63,207 nucleotides of DNA from Octopus bimaculoides (lineage: Eukaryota). The notes under the pieces are model-generated. The model was given only the letters and a program-made list of their open reading frames with translations, searched no databases and was not told the origin of the DNA. The translations under genes and the position numbers were made by a program. The stretch covers positions 26,998,109-27,061,315 of the forward strand of contig NC_068991.1 in the NCBI RefSeq assembly GCF_001194135.2. The letters run 5' to 3'. Positions 13,522 through 27,300 of the stretch are shown piece after piece. The stretch's first letter is position 1. Every line of letters starts with the position of its first letter.

Positions 13522-14188
13522 ACAAGTATGATTACGCAGGCTTGTATTTAATACATTTTATTGAATATATAATATTTCATTTACAAAAATATGTATATTT
13601 GATTATACGAAAGAACTGGCTCGTAAACAGACGTTTTAAATACGCAAAGTATAGTTTTTCTCTTATACTTTAGTTTTTAATGGTTCCTTTCACTTCACTC
13701 TCGTAAATAGTGTCACGTGAATCATTACACGCTTTTTCTGTTCTTTCTGTTAGTGTATTTATATCATTTGTACAATTCTTTGCATTTTGTCTCTTTATAT
13801 TTCTATGCATATTCTGTCTTGCCTATTCAATGTATTGTTTGTTTGACAGTTCTTTGCTTTGTAAACTTACTTGCATTAGTTGCGTGACTTTTATTGTTTT
13901 ACATTTTGCTTTAAACCATGTATATACACTAATCAATGCAAACTAAATGATTTACAGTAGAGAGGGCCGTATGATACAGATAAACTAACATCAGTTTTCC
14001 CTATTTACTACATTTTAAAGTTGCTCAAGTCTGTGATCGCTGAATTGTGATATTTCCCATTAAGTTACAATGCTATTCCCAAACGTATTATCAGTAAGTA
14101 AAAAAGAAGTAAAAACGAATAATCTTTATTACGAAGAGTTGAATACGATTAAAGAACAATGTCACTAAAATTAGATACGAAATATATA

Positions 14189-15317
14189 CCAGGGTCAGCT
14201 GAAATGTTCACAGGCTGAACAAAAATATTCTCATGGAATGTGGCCAAAGGAGGTTTATTTTTCAACAGGCTTACTTTGCAGTCCACACACTTCTGCCTTC
14301 GATGTTGCTGTCATTGGATCCTATTGGTGAAGAAGCATTCATCTTGTTGGACAACGACATCAACAACAATGGCTATGATGTCACCAATGCTATGCCGGTT
14401 CCCAACCAAGTTTTCATTCATGTTGAGGAAAAGTTGACAGTCAGACGGGGCAAAACCAGGAGAACAGAGTATATGTGATCGACTAGTTCAAAGACACAGT
14501 CAAGTACAGTTGCCATTGAAACGAAGGTCTTGTGTGCTGGAGTATTGTCGTAATGAATCAAAACACCTTTCGTTCGTTTGCCTGTGTATTTGCTCTCGAT
14601 CGGCTTTCGCAAAAGTCTCAGTAAGTTGAAGGTAGTCAATAAGCACAAGGCGTTTATCACCCAAAAATCTGAGGCCATCATCTTCTGTGCAGATGAAGCG
14701 ACCTGGCCTTCATTGGAGCAGGTGGTGATGGGTGTTTCCACTGCAAGGATTGTCGCTTTGTCTCTAGCTCAAAGTTATGAATCCAACACTCGTCCTAGCT
14801 TAGGAAACATTTAAGGAAACCAGCCTGAGACAACGTCGATTTTTCGTTGATGTGATCAGCCTGATGGGCTTTCTTCAGGTGTCAGAAGACGTATTACACA
14901 CCAAGCAGAACCCGTCGAGATGCCATGTGAATTGTGAAGAATATTTTCAACTCTCTGACGTAATGTACCAATACGTAATATTGGCTTTTTTTTCCTCGGT
15001 AGTTGTAGTTGAATGACGTCCAGTCCTTGAGTCCTCTCCTGAATTTAGTTTCCCACTTTTGACTGTTGACGAAGCTGCAACAATGTCAGTATGAATGTCC
15101 TTGGTGGCAAAACACTTTTGCGGTAAGTACTTCATAAAACGACGATGCTAAATTTTGTCCATTTTCAAAAGAACTTGTTTACAGTTACTTTTGAAGTCTT
15201 CCTTGAAAACTTTCATATCAATTTCCCTGAAAAAAAAAACTGCAGTTACTAAGAATAGTCAAAATTATTGCAAGCAAGATTGCACCGATCTAGCAACACT
15301 CTTTCAGTCACTCCCGT
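14189..15317 (-). mobile_element. Mariner transposon, irritans-like family, decayed (copy 2)
   Basis: TIR ccagggtcagctgaaatgttcacaggctgaac follows TA at 14187-14188, with a degenerate partner at about 15295-15317. Minus strand gives MDKI.HRRFMKYL, SAQKMMASDFW and IHYDNTPAH, plus an SPGFAPSDC patch. Homologous to 4310-5470. Confidence 0.85.
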
Positions 15318-15384
15318 CCACGCACACACAAACACACGATCACACACACACACATAAACACGCACGCATATATTCACACACACA

Positions 15385-15511
<127 letters not shown>

Positions 15512-16744
15512 AAAATTACACATTGAGTACAGGACATCAGCAAAGAGTGAAAAAAACGTAAACACACGAGAGATAAGTATAGGAAGTGCTTGTGTGTAGA
15601 AGCAATACAGTCACACTAATGTATATATAGAGACACATATGTGTATTATGTACACGGATTCACACATTCATACAGTTTTTGTATGGGAGAAAACTTCTCA
15701 GTTACATAATTGTTACTATCCTAAGCGTTTATATTTTCTGAAAACTTCAATCATTTAGAGAATTTTTTTAATGTATCATTGTGACTGAATTTGTAATTAT
15801 TAGATTTAAAATATATATTTAATTTTAAAAGTAACTATCAAATTCATTTAGAAACGATTATTGCCATAATTGATAACTTTGTTGTCCTTGTTATCATTGC
15901 GATCGTGATTACGATCGTAATATATGTATGTATATAGGTGTGCGTGTGCCGTAGCTTGTGTAAGAAAGAGAAAGAGAAGAGAAAACGGAAGATAGATTGT
16001 GAAATATTAGCGACCTATTTTTACCCACCTTTGAGTCAAATGACAGAAAAATATGTATTGAAATGAAAGAAAATAGGATTATTGTACCAAATTATTTTTT
16101 ATCTCCACACCTGTTTCGGTATTATAGAAATCCGTTAGCAAAGCACAGTCTAACCCATACTGCCGGAACATCTATTAAAATTTGAAATTTATTATACATT
16201 CAATATTTTTCTTGCTAATGCAAAAATTTCACATTAGTTATCTGCTGCAACAGTGCGCGTGTTCCAGTATTGATTATTCTTATTTAGACCTTAATGATAA
16301 GAGATATACTTTCGTCATCAGTGAACATGAAAAGTGAAAATAACTTTCAAGAGAAGTATGCAGTTCGAATTACCCTTATATGCACCACTAGTTTATCTAA
16401 CAGAAAGATAACAAATATTTTAAGGCATCAGGTGTTAATATTTTCAACATTTATTTTATTTCTCATCACATTCATGTGTTGAACGCTAATTCTCATTCGA
16501 TTAAATATATATGAAATTTTCTAAGACAGATAATTACTGCAAATTATAATAACAATTTAGGTAAAAAGTGAAAATATACATTACTGGCAGTTTAATGGTA
16601 TTTACTTATATAGGATTTCGGAGTTAGCGTGGAAACATTTTTGATAGACCAAAAACGTTTGGGAAATACAGCTCATATTTTTCACTACATCAAAGCGCAT
16701 GAGTTGCATACGCTGATATTCTTTATTATGATAAGATAAATGTA

Positions 16745-18009
16745 TTAGGTTATTAAGAATGAAATGTCAGATTTTCTTCTTCACCAAGTTTGACAGTCGT
16801 TAACTTTAATATTTTATCCTGACAATTCATGTTTACAAATTTGAAGTGTTACATCATCACTTTTCAAAATGCAATTCATGGTGTCTGATTATATTGTGAG
16901 TCTCCTCTTGTAAACCAATTTTTATGGACACTTGGATAGATCAAAAATACGTGTTGTTTATGAATATGGGTTCCGTCGTGGAACCACTGCATCCCAGATA
17001 GCTCGAAACATCAATAAGGTGTGTGGAGAAGATGAGGTGAATGAGCGCACTGTACGTCGATGGTTTGACAAGTTCCGGTCTGGTGACTTTACTCTGAAAA
17101 TCAGCCCGTGGTAGACTTGAGACCAAGGTGGATAATGCTGAGCTGGAAACTTTTGTGGAAGTGGATACATCACAAACTACGCGTGAGTTAGAAGCAAGGT
17201 TTGATGTTTTGATTCCAAATGTATTCTAACATCTTAAACAAATCGGCAACGTAAAGAAGCTCGACAAGTGGGTACAACACGAATTGAACGAGCATCAAAT
17301 GACACGTCGTCTTGAAACTTGATGTTCTTTGCTGTCACGGCATAAAAACGAACCATTTTTGCATCGTATTGTTACGTGTGATTAAAAATGGAATCTCTTC
17401 AACAATAGAAAGCGTTGGATAGAAACGAAGTACCAAACACAGCCCTAAAAAAAAGAATATTCACCAAAAAGAACTAATGGTGTCTGTTTTGTAGTCCAGC
17501 GCTGATGTCAACCACTACAGCTTCATGAGACCTGGTAAGTCAATTACAGCGATAGTATACATCAACCACTTGGGTGAAATGATGAGTGACCTTGCAATTA
17601 AACAACCGAGATTGGTCAATAAAGACAGGCAAATTCTCTTGCACGACAATGCTCGACAACATGTTCTACAAATATCGCTACTCAATTTAGAGGAACTGAA
17701 CTTGGAAGTATCTGTAATCCGCCATATGTACCAGAACTTTCACCGACTGATTATCACGTTTTCCAGGCATTAGACAACATTTTGCAAGGAAAAAAAACTT
17801 CAAATCTGAAGGAGATGCAAAAACAGCCTTTCGTGATTTCATCACGTCTTGCTCTCCAGAATTCTTTGCTACCGGCATAAATAAGCTACCGATAAAATGG
17901 CAAAATTGTTTTGATAATTTCGGTGCATACTTTAATTAAATGTATGCTTTTTGTTGAGATAAGGTAAATTTTCATTTGAAAATCGTACGTTTCATTCTCA
18001 ATGAACTGA
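16745..18009 (+). mobile_element. Full-length mariner (Hsmar1/cecropia-like), about 1.27 kb, with TIRs and TA target duplication
   Basis: 5' TA|ttaggttattaagaatgaaatgtcagatttt; the 3' end reverse-complements to TA|tcagttcattgagaatgaaacgtacgatttt. TA at 16743-16744 and 18010-18011. Confidence 0.92.
16932..17939 (+). pseudogene. Mariner D,D34D transposase pseudogene
   Basis: DRSKIRVVYEYGFRRG...NERTVRRWFDKFRSGD (HTH), HLKQIGNVKKLDKWVQHEL (WVPHEL-like), IVTCD*KW, LLHDNARQH, ELSPTDYH and GINKLPIKWQ..FN*. TTG start, several stops and frameshifts. Confidence 0.9.
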
Positions 18010-18294
18010 TATTAAGTATATACATGTATAGATGGCATTTATTTTCAAATTAAATGTAAGCAATGAATCAAATTTAATAGACCACCTATTACACTAGAAT
18101 ACAAATGGTATTATTCAAGACTTTAAAAGTGAATGCGTTTTATAGTTAATAAAAATTCATGCATTATATAGTGGTGTACATATGTGTTAACATATATGTT
18201 TTCAATGTAGATGAATTCGTATATACAGAAATCTACACATTCATTCACATATATATGTATATATATATATGTGTATATATATATATGTATATAT

Positions 18295-19430
18295 ATAGTT
18301 CATGTTTATAGAAAAACAAAGCTATCAAGTGTGAGGACAACAAGCAAGTGCATTAGTTTGATGCTCGGGAAATATGGAAAAGTCTTTTACGTTTCGAGCC
18401 TACGCTCTTCGACAGAAAGGAATAAGAGGAAATAAATAGAGAATGACGGGAACGTGTTGAGTTCAGTGGTCCAACATGGCATTAATTAGAAAAGAAGAGG
18501 TTGAATGAAAGGGAGATAATAATTAAGAAATGCTGAATGAAGGGATGATAATTCTTGGTGTTCCTAACAAGAGGAGGTGCGCAAGCGCATGTGTATGTGA
18601 GAATGGTGTGTGTGTATGTGAGTGTGTATGAGAAAATGGGCCGAGTGAGTTTGGCGTGTGTATGTGTGTGCTGTTTTGTAGCAGTTGATGTGTGCTTTTA
18701 CACGTGATGTGTGTACGTGTATATGTGTGTGTGTGTGTGTCACTGTCACGAATTAGTGTGGATGTGTATGGCGGGTGTATGTGGGCGAAAGTTATCTTTG
18801 TCTATGTATGTTGCGTGTGTTCATGCGTGTTGTGTGTGTGTTTATGCGTGTATGGGTATATATATTGTCTGTGTTGAGGTATTATATGCTTGTGTGCATG
18901 TGGGAGTTTGCGTGATGGTGTGAGATGTGTGTGCTGAGTTAAACAGCGTGTATGACTGTTCATATCGTGATATGAGTACTGACGCTATTGAAAATTGTGT
19001 GTGCGTGTGTGAGTGGATGATGGTGTGTTGTGTGGGTGCTGAGAAGTGTCTGTGGAGTGGGGAAAGTATTATGTGCATATGTAGTGTAATGGTGTATGAA
19101 GTGAGTGATGAGTTGAACAGGGCGTATGGGTGTGTGTCTATAATGGTGCGTGTTGATGATAGTATTGAGGTGGAAGATGGTGGAATCGAAGGGGGATTGG
19201 TGCCAAATGAAGATATATATATATAGTTGAAAAATATCGTTATAGATATAAATATACCATAAACAAGTATAAAAAAATGGAGAAAATGATATTGAATCAA
19301 GATTAGATTTAATACAAAATTGAATTCAATACATACGCACGTTTCAAAAGACAATACAAATATGTAAGTAAAAGTTTTAATGATAGTAATTATAATTAAA
19401 TTTATGCATTGTCATTTCCATCAGTGTGAG
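18295..19430 (-). mobile_element. Putative PLE 3'UTR/pseudo-LTR with hammerhead-like motifs
   Basis: Strongly strand-biased stretch (C/A-rich on minus) similar in character to the 3' region of the PLE at 34240-34800. It ends in the ctttctgtcgaagagcgtaggctcgaaacgtaaaagac...(TA)n module also seen at 42105-42236. Confidence 0.55.
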
Positions 19431-20049
19431 GAATGTTTGGAAGGGCATGAAAATAGATTTAATAAAATAAAATAAGATACAAAAAGGGAGAATACAGATG
19501 GAGTAATAGGGAAAAATCGGATATTTACAAAGAAGTTGTAAAAGGGAAAAAATGACAGTAGAATATAATATTGAGAGAGTCGAAAGAGAACAAAAAACAG
19601 ACATATCAAAGTGTATGCAAGTCTATATGTGCAGTAAACTATAACATAAAAATAAAAATCTAATGGATATGTTTAAATAAATAGTAACAGGTCGATGCGA
19701 AGTGTAATGTATACAAGGCCAGCTGTCTATAGTAGAATATAATGCAACAGGTACACTAGCAGAAAAAAAAAGCCATAGAGAGTTATACGTATACATATTA
19801 ATATTGAAAACGAAAAATATATATATATATATATATTACAAGAGGATAAAGCTGATAGGCAAGACGATGTTTCAAAAAGGTTCAATATTTAAGCATAAAT
19901 GTACATAGAAGCAGAGAAAAAATCAAAGAGAGCTTAATAAAGATAAAGTAGCGATCACAGCAAGGACCGGTCCTGTCTGTGATCTCCACTACTCCTGGGA
20001 GACATTGACTAAGGTTATTTTGGTTGTTTGTTGTCGCCTAAACATTTCA

Positions 20050-20380
20050 CTGTGCTCAAAATTATGTTGTACACCTTACTGTTTGACGACCCGATAACGC
20101 ACCACGATGGTACAACACTGTCTGATACATTGTGTCGTAATGCAAGTACAAAAAACCTTGTGCAAACAAAATACTTTGGACATCTTGGAAAATTTCATCG
20201 CCAAAACGAGCGAGCGTCGAAGAACTTTGGGAATGATTTGAAGCATTATTTCTTATAAAGCAACACAAATTATTATACCTGTGTTTGTTTTGATATTAAC
20301 ATTGAAAGATTCGACCTTTGTAAAAGATTGTGGACCTGTCTTTGCTCCCACCAAGCAAAACTCGTTACCAGACCACTGGT
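20050..20380 (+). mobile_element. Possible Tc1-like transposase C-terminal remnant
   Basis: DNAP patch and WKISSPKRASVEELWE resemble FQQDNAP..H and WP..SPDLNPIE.LW; no TIRs found. Confidence 0.35.
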
Positions 20381-21050
20381 TGAGTGTTAAATTATAATAT
20401 CAAATTTGTAGTTCTATTAACCTCTTCTACGAGAAAGTAGTGCGTTCTAAATATATTTACCACTGACAGTTAATTTATGCATGAAAATTCGGAATTACTT
20501 CCCATTAGAATACTATTCATTACAGAGTATTATTATTTTTTGTGTTAAGATAAATCACCCAGCTGTTCCCCATCTCCTCAAACAACTTTTGTTGATCCAA
20601 CCAGTATATGATGAATCTTGAAGGAATAGAAATATTGACCCCATTTTTGTGATATTGTATTAGATATACATTGAATGTCTACTAATATATAAAAGTGCCG
20701 CCTACGATCTTTCAATTGAAAATGTAAGTCTATTAAGTGAGCGACCTTGTGTTTGATATGAAATGTTTCTGAATAGTTTATAATACATTGCAGTGCACTT
20801 TGTATTAAGCTTTTAAGAATGAAATAGTAGATCGGTTATATACTGTCCTGGGTATTTGAGTATATATAAAAATTTAAGGAATGGAGTAAACGCATGTTAT
20901 AACTGCATACTTTATTCCGACATATGTTTCGAAGAATTACAATTTATGCAATCCATAGGAATCGTCGACGTTAAAAATGTAAACTTCTCCTCAGGGAATG
21001 TATGGGAACCATCTTAAACGTAAGACATTATGACTCGGTCATAATGTATA

Positions 21051-21093
<43 letters not shown>

Positions 21094-23229
21094 TTAACTA
21101 TGCTTGTCTGTGGGGAGGGCGTGGTTGTTAACAATTGCTGATTGCAATATATAGCCTGCTTTATATATAAGTTTGTTACAATTTTGATATTCTTTATCGA
21201 AACCTATCAATGTCGACATAACAGTTAATGACTTAATCATTCGAGCGTCGATTAATTACTCTAATTAACATTACGTACTATGCCATCGAAGGCGCTGAAC
21301 CATAATTGCTATCATGCATTAATAATAAACCGATACCCAGAATTACTCTTCCACATTCAATCAGTAAGAGTACACTAGTTATGCAGCTTGTTATCCCCTT
21401 AACAGAACTACTTTTCTTCTTTTGTTACAATATTTTTTTGCTTTTTGCCAAATATACCTTTGCTTTATTCAAGTAGGAATCTCCTTCTGACTCAATATAA
21501 CTTTGATGTGTTATCTATTATTACCATTGTTTGTTCTCTCCTTGCAAACGGAAGAATTTTCTTTTGGCAACACTAGCAATTCAATTTTGTATAGTTATGT
21601 CATACGATATATCCCATTAGGAATAACTATTCTGTACATGAGTATGTTATTTCTGATTTGAAAGCAAATTGCTTGTGTAGTGTAATGTAACACATTTTGA
21701 AAGCAAATTTTCTTTATAACTGTTATACAAGTTTTAAACAATGGTCACTAAGAGTGTATGTATGAGTGTATGTATATATATACATACTGCTTTGTTACTG
21801 TTGCTTCTACGCAAAAGTAAGTCTGTCATCAGTTTGAATATATATCTTCCAGGTAGTCATTGGGCATATTCTTACATTGTTACACAGAATGAGAAGAGGA
21901 ATATACCATTTTCATCAGCATAAAGGTCTTCGAGGCGCCTCCACCGATACATTACGGAACATTTCTACTAAAGAACTAGAAGGTGAACGGAAAACTGTAT
22001 TCGCTGAAGTCAGAAAGAATTTGTAGAATGTGAATATGAACGGAATTTGCATGTACTTGGTAATTTATTTAAATTTACATGATTGTGACAGTCTCGACGT
22101 ATATATCAGTCTCTCATCAGTGTGAAAATATGACTTGTTAAATTATAATTCCTTCTCTGAAAAGAGAAACAGAAGTGTGAAGTTGTAACTGAATAAAAAA
22201 CATTGATCGTATATCAGGAAAAGAAAACACCTTTCATTGAAATAGGTCTTACCGCCAGTGCATTCAAGATTTTCCCTGACATCTAAGAGTAGATATTAAT
22301 CTATTTCAGATATCTATTCTGATATCTCAGTACTCAAGAAGGTGTGTTCTCTATTGAAAATTAGTGTTGAATATGCACACTATCACATACACGCATACAA
22401 AGATATATATAAACGTATGCATATGTGTGTGCGTGTGCGTGCGTGTGTGTATAGAGAGAGAGAGAGAAGAAGAAGACAAAAGCATGAGAAAGAGAGATAG
22501 AAGAGAGAGAGAAAGAAAGAGAGATATTGACCAGTTCAAGCATAGGCTGATATGGTTGGAATATATCTACCGGCACATAACTGGAGATAGAAAAAAGGAA
22601 ATTGAGAGAATTAGAAAGACATATTTCTACAATATCGAATGCGTATCTTTGAAGAGAACAGTAAATATAATACAGGTGTATGATTGATAATTATACAAAA
22701 CAACAGTATTCGTTTATATTTCAATTTACGGGTAGATTATTACTGAACATAACTTGGAACATGTTTGGTACAATATTTCAGACAAGCAATAATATGCCTT
22801 TTTTTCTTAACCCTGCACATGGTTTTTCCGGCGAGAAATATTAAGTAGTTGAAGTATTTAGTAGCGCTATCAAAAAAATATTCTGCTGAGAGTTGATAAT
22901 GTCATATTATGACAAGCACTTAGTACTAACATATCGGGGTGAAATATTAAATATAGATTATAAGTGATTATTCATGTCAGTAAAATTCGGTGAGATATAT
23001 TTAATCCAAAGATTGTCTCCCAACAAAAAAAAATGTAATTACATTCATCTATTTTTTAAAACGAATCTGACTGTACACGTAATTTAATAACTGCTTGGAG
23101 ATAACTTGCTTCTCTTTAATAATTATGCAGCTTTCAGATCAGCAGCTACTTCTTTAGCAAAAGTGCTATACTATTGACTAAAATATATGTTCCTTTTTAT
23201 ATTTTCAATGAGTGGTACTATATTATGTA

Positions 23230-24135
23230 CGACGGTCGGCTGAAAAGTTCAGACGCTGACCAAGATACTCTCGTCCAATGTGACCAAATGAAGTTTATTT
23301 CCCAACATAGTCTTCCTTGCTGTCCATATACTTCTTCCATCGGTGTTGCAGTGCCCCGATCTCATTAGTCGGGAAGCTTTCATGTTTTTCGTCAAAAAAA
23401 TCATCAAAACAGATGTAGCGTCAATATCACTGCAATACTGGTTCTCAGTCAAAAGATTTTTTTGTTTTTTTAACGTTCATGAACAGATTATTATAAAACG
23501 TGGACAAATCAGGAGAATAGGGAAGACGATCACCACAGTCACGCACAGAAGACATTGGAACAAATGACTTGTGTGCTGGAGCATTGTCCTTCTGAAACAA
23601 GACACCTTTCTTCAATTTTCCGTGCTTTCAGACTTGTTACCTTTCCGTAACTGCCTCAACAAGTTGGCGTAGAACTGTCTATTGATGTCGTAGCCATTTT
23701 ATAGATATTCAATAAACACAATGATTTTTGCATCTCCAGAAACTGATGCCATCAACATTCCTGAGGATGAAGCGAACGTGGTGTTACATGGTACAGGTGA
23801 GAAGTGGTTTACCAATACATTGACTGTCTCTTTGTTGCTGGTTCAAACTCATCTTGGGTCTGCACATTTCTTCAATCAATATAAGATTTTCTGTTGATGT
23901 TGATCAGCCTCGTGCGCTTTTGATCAAGTCTCAGTTGACGTATCACCCACCAACCAGAAGCCTTCGCCATGCCAAGTTTATTGTGCAGGATATAATCGAC
24001 TCTCTCATGAAATATGCTAATAGATTTGACTACATTATTTATAGTCAATCATTTATCATTGTTTTCCTCGGTGGTGTAAGTCGCCCTCAAGACTTTATCC
24101 TCCCCTCCTAAATTCAGCTGGCCACTTTTGAAGAG
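23230..24135 (-). mobile_element. Mariner transposon, irritans-like family, 5'-truncated (copy 3)
   Basis: Best-preserved TIR, TA|cgacggtcggctgaaaagttcagacgctgaccaag, at 23228-23264. The 3' region matches 5330-5470; minus strand near 24130 reads STLQKWPAEFRRGR. Confidence 0.85.
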
Positions 24136-24147
24136 TTGAGATATATG

Positions 24148-24179
<32 letters not shown>

Positions 24180-25789
24180 AGCAACAAGGATATTCAAAGT
24201 TAATGCAGTACAATCATTTCATGTGACTCCATTTATTTAAGCAATGTGAGCATTACATTAAATGTAAAATGCAGAGCAATCTTCAGCTGCACAAAGATAT
24301 AAACATTTACTGAAATTTCATATCGGCATATTATTGTAACTACATTCAAGCACTCCATGTGGAAAGGAAGAATACAAGAAAAACCATTTTGACTTAGCGA
24401 GACCATACAGCTANNNNNNNNNNNNNNNNNNNNNNNNNNNNNNNNNNNNNNNNNNNNNNNNNNNNNNNNNNNNNNNNNNNNNNNNNNNNNNNNNNNNNNN
24501 NNNNNNNNNNNNNNNNNNNNNNNNNNNNNNNNNNNNNNNNNNNNNNNNNNNNNNNNNNNNNNNNNNNNNNNNNNNNNNNNNNNNNNNNNNNNNNNNNNNN
24601 NNNNNNNNNNNNNNNATACAAATATATACACACACTCTATACAATCATATGATCGAAATCCACATATAGCACAGAGTGACATACTTATGCATTTTAAAAT
24701 TCACAGTATTTTATTTGCTGCTATAGAATATTCTTCCTATACATATACACTAGAAGGTGATAGGCTGTTAGAAATCGACTCGTACCAGACACATAATATC
24801 AAACTAATGTCCACCGTGGTGAATCTGCACCATGACCGGTTATAAGGATGACCATCAGCCTCATTTCAGCGTTCATGTATTGTAGTTGAGGTAGAAAAAA
24901 TATGCTGTTGAACAGTATTCTTGATTTCATTCAGTTTGTATGCAAAGCTTGGCAAGATAGCAAGTACGGACAGAGAAAATAGTTTCTATGTTCTAACAAG
25001 ATCATTCTAGTTTATTCACTACTACAAAACTGGTTGACATAATATGATAACATGGAGATAGTAGATTTGATTTCTTACTTTGAAATATGGCAAGAAGTTT
25101 ATACAGAAATTGAATCAAATAGAACTGAATTCCTGCTTGCCTCCAAGGATGTGCTGGCATAAGTTATAAATCAGATGAGCTTCAATTGGTAATACACAAT
25201 CTGATTAATACATCAACTCGCCCACATCTGATTTCTTACTTCACTATATTCGCTTCACTTTTAGCAAAGCTTGATTAATATCGTGTAAATGAATGCCTAC
25301 ATTGAATTTTGATAGAATTCAATAATTTACATTCAAATCGAATCCTATGATTGAATTATGGCTTACTAAAAATTATTAGTTCGCTTAGTTTAATTAACAT
25401 TCAAACATTCAGCTAAGACTACGACAATTCTTTCCCGATGAAAACATCTAAATAACTCATAAGATATAGATTAATACACACATTCACAACGCAGGCACAC
25501 ACACGCACGCACGCGCGCGCACACACACACACACACCCACACACANNNNNNNNNNNNNNNNNNNNNNNNNNNNNNNNNNNNNNNNNNNNNNNNNNNNNNN
25601 NNNNNNNNNNNNNNNNNNNNNNNNNNNNNNNNNNNNNNNNNNNNNNNNNNNNNNNNNNNNNNNNNNNNNNNNNNNNNNNNNNNNNNNNNNNNNNNNNNNN
25701 NNNNNNNNNNNNNNNNNNNNNNNNNNNNNNNNNNNNNNNNNNNNNNNNNNNNNNNNNNNNNNNNNNNNNNNNNTATATATATATATACG

Positions 25790-25820
<31 letters not shown>

Positions 25821-26259
25821 GTGTGTATATATATACATATATACATACACACACACACACATATATATACATGCATGTATGTATATGACCCCAGTTCATT
25901 CGTTTGACAGAAACTCATTTGTTTTATCTATTAATACTTTGTTAGAGTTCGACTGTAAACCATATTTAATCTATCTGCGATTTATTATTCCATTTAAATG
26001 AATATAGCAAACATCACGTAGCAGCGGCTAACGTGTCAGAGATTTCAGTCTCGTTAAATAACATCAGTTTCAATATAGTCAATGTTACAGGCTCTCTAGT
26101 GGCGTTTGCCTTATTGAATAGATTTCAGTAATATGTTATTTATCATAGGTTTTTGTCATAACTTAATTAAGTCTGTATAAAGCTCGCCAGCTAATAAATA
26201 TCCATAACATTTTACTCTTTGAAAATATATGTGTGTGTGTATTTGCATGGTATTAATGC

Positions 26260-26630
26260 TAATTGTTGGTTTCAAATTTTGGTACAATTCCAGCAATTCT
26301 GGAGATGGGGTTAGTCGACGTCAGGGATTAACTTGTATTTAATTTATGGACCCCGAATGGATGAAAGTCAAAGTCGGTCTCAGTGGAATTGGAACTCAGA
26401 GCATAAAGACAGACGAAATGCCGCTAAGCATTTTGTTCAGTTTGCTAAGGATTTCGCCAGCCTTCAGCCTTAATATTAAAACTAATAATTGGTTCCCACT
26501 TTTTGGCACAAAGCCAGCAATTTCAGGGGAGGGAGTACGTTGATTACATCACTTCTAGTGTTCAACTAGTATTCATTTTATCGAAAAATGAAAAAACGAT
26601 TACGGTGGAATTTGAAATCATAAATTAAAG
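26260..26630 (-). mobile_element. SINE family A, two tandem copies (about 26260-26470 and 26480-26630)
   Basis: Repeated tttcaaattttggtacaa/ttttggcacaaagccagcaatt modules. The first copy has the head gacgaaatgccgctaagcattttg...ccagc shared with 43660-43727. Confidence 0.8.
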
Positions 26631-27054
26631 GCATAATCGTGATGCAATACAATATTTCTCATATTCACAGTTGCCTTTTCATACATAACTTCTAATTCCT
26701 CAGTTTCATTTTCCTAATATTTCTGCTAACTGTTCACAATAATCGTCGTCGAGATAAACTAAACCACTGAGTATTCGTGGGTCAATAGCTTTTTTAAGTC
26801 TTCCAATAATTACATACTAACTCCGCTAGATTAAGGAAATGGAAATAGCTATATTGTCAGAAACACATACCGACGTCTGCTCTTAAATTAAAGACGCTCA
26901 GTATGTCTAGTTCTAAAAATAATGATGTTGTCAATGATATTACAATAACGTAGTGTTATTCCATTATCATTATTTAGATCTTTTCCGTTTTTAGTAAATA
27001 ATCATCTATTGTAGTCTTTAATATCAATAGCAAAATCTAAACAACATTGTTATT

Positions 27055-27300
27055 ACAAGTGGGTACTCAAAAGCAACTGGAAACGTTCTCTATGCAGCTC
27101 GGGTTTCCACCGCTAGAAGTCACTTGTTGCAACCTTCAAGCATCAATATGCCCCCGGTGTCGTTCTCTGCAGTCGTACCGCCTCGTGGTGCTTCCGAGAA
27201 ATACTGTTTATTGCCGGGGAAGACGGCGGCCGAAACAGTTGTCAAGCTTCAGAGAGTTTATATGGATGATGCAGACAACTTTTTAAAGAAATTTCTGAGT
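27055..27300 (+). mobile_element. Mariner 5' fragment (N-terminal HTH only)
   Basis: KYCLLPGKTAAETVVKLQRVYMDDA matches the mariner N-terminus K.C..LGKTA.ET..ML..AY.DDA; a TIR-like start lies at about 27055. Confidence 0.7.
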
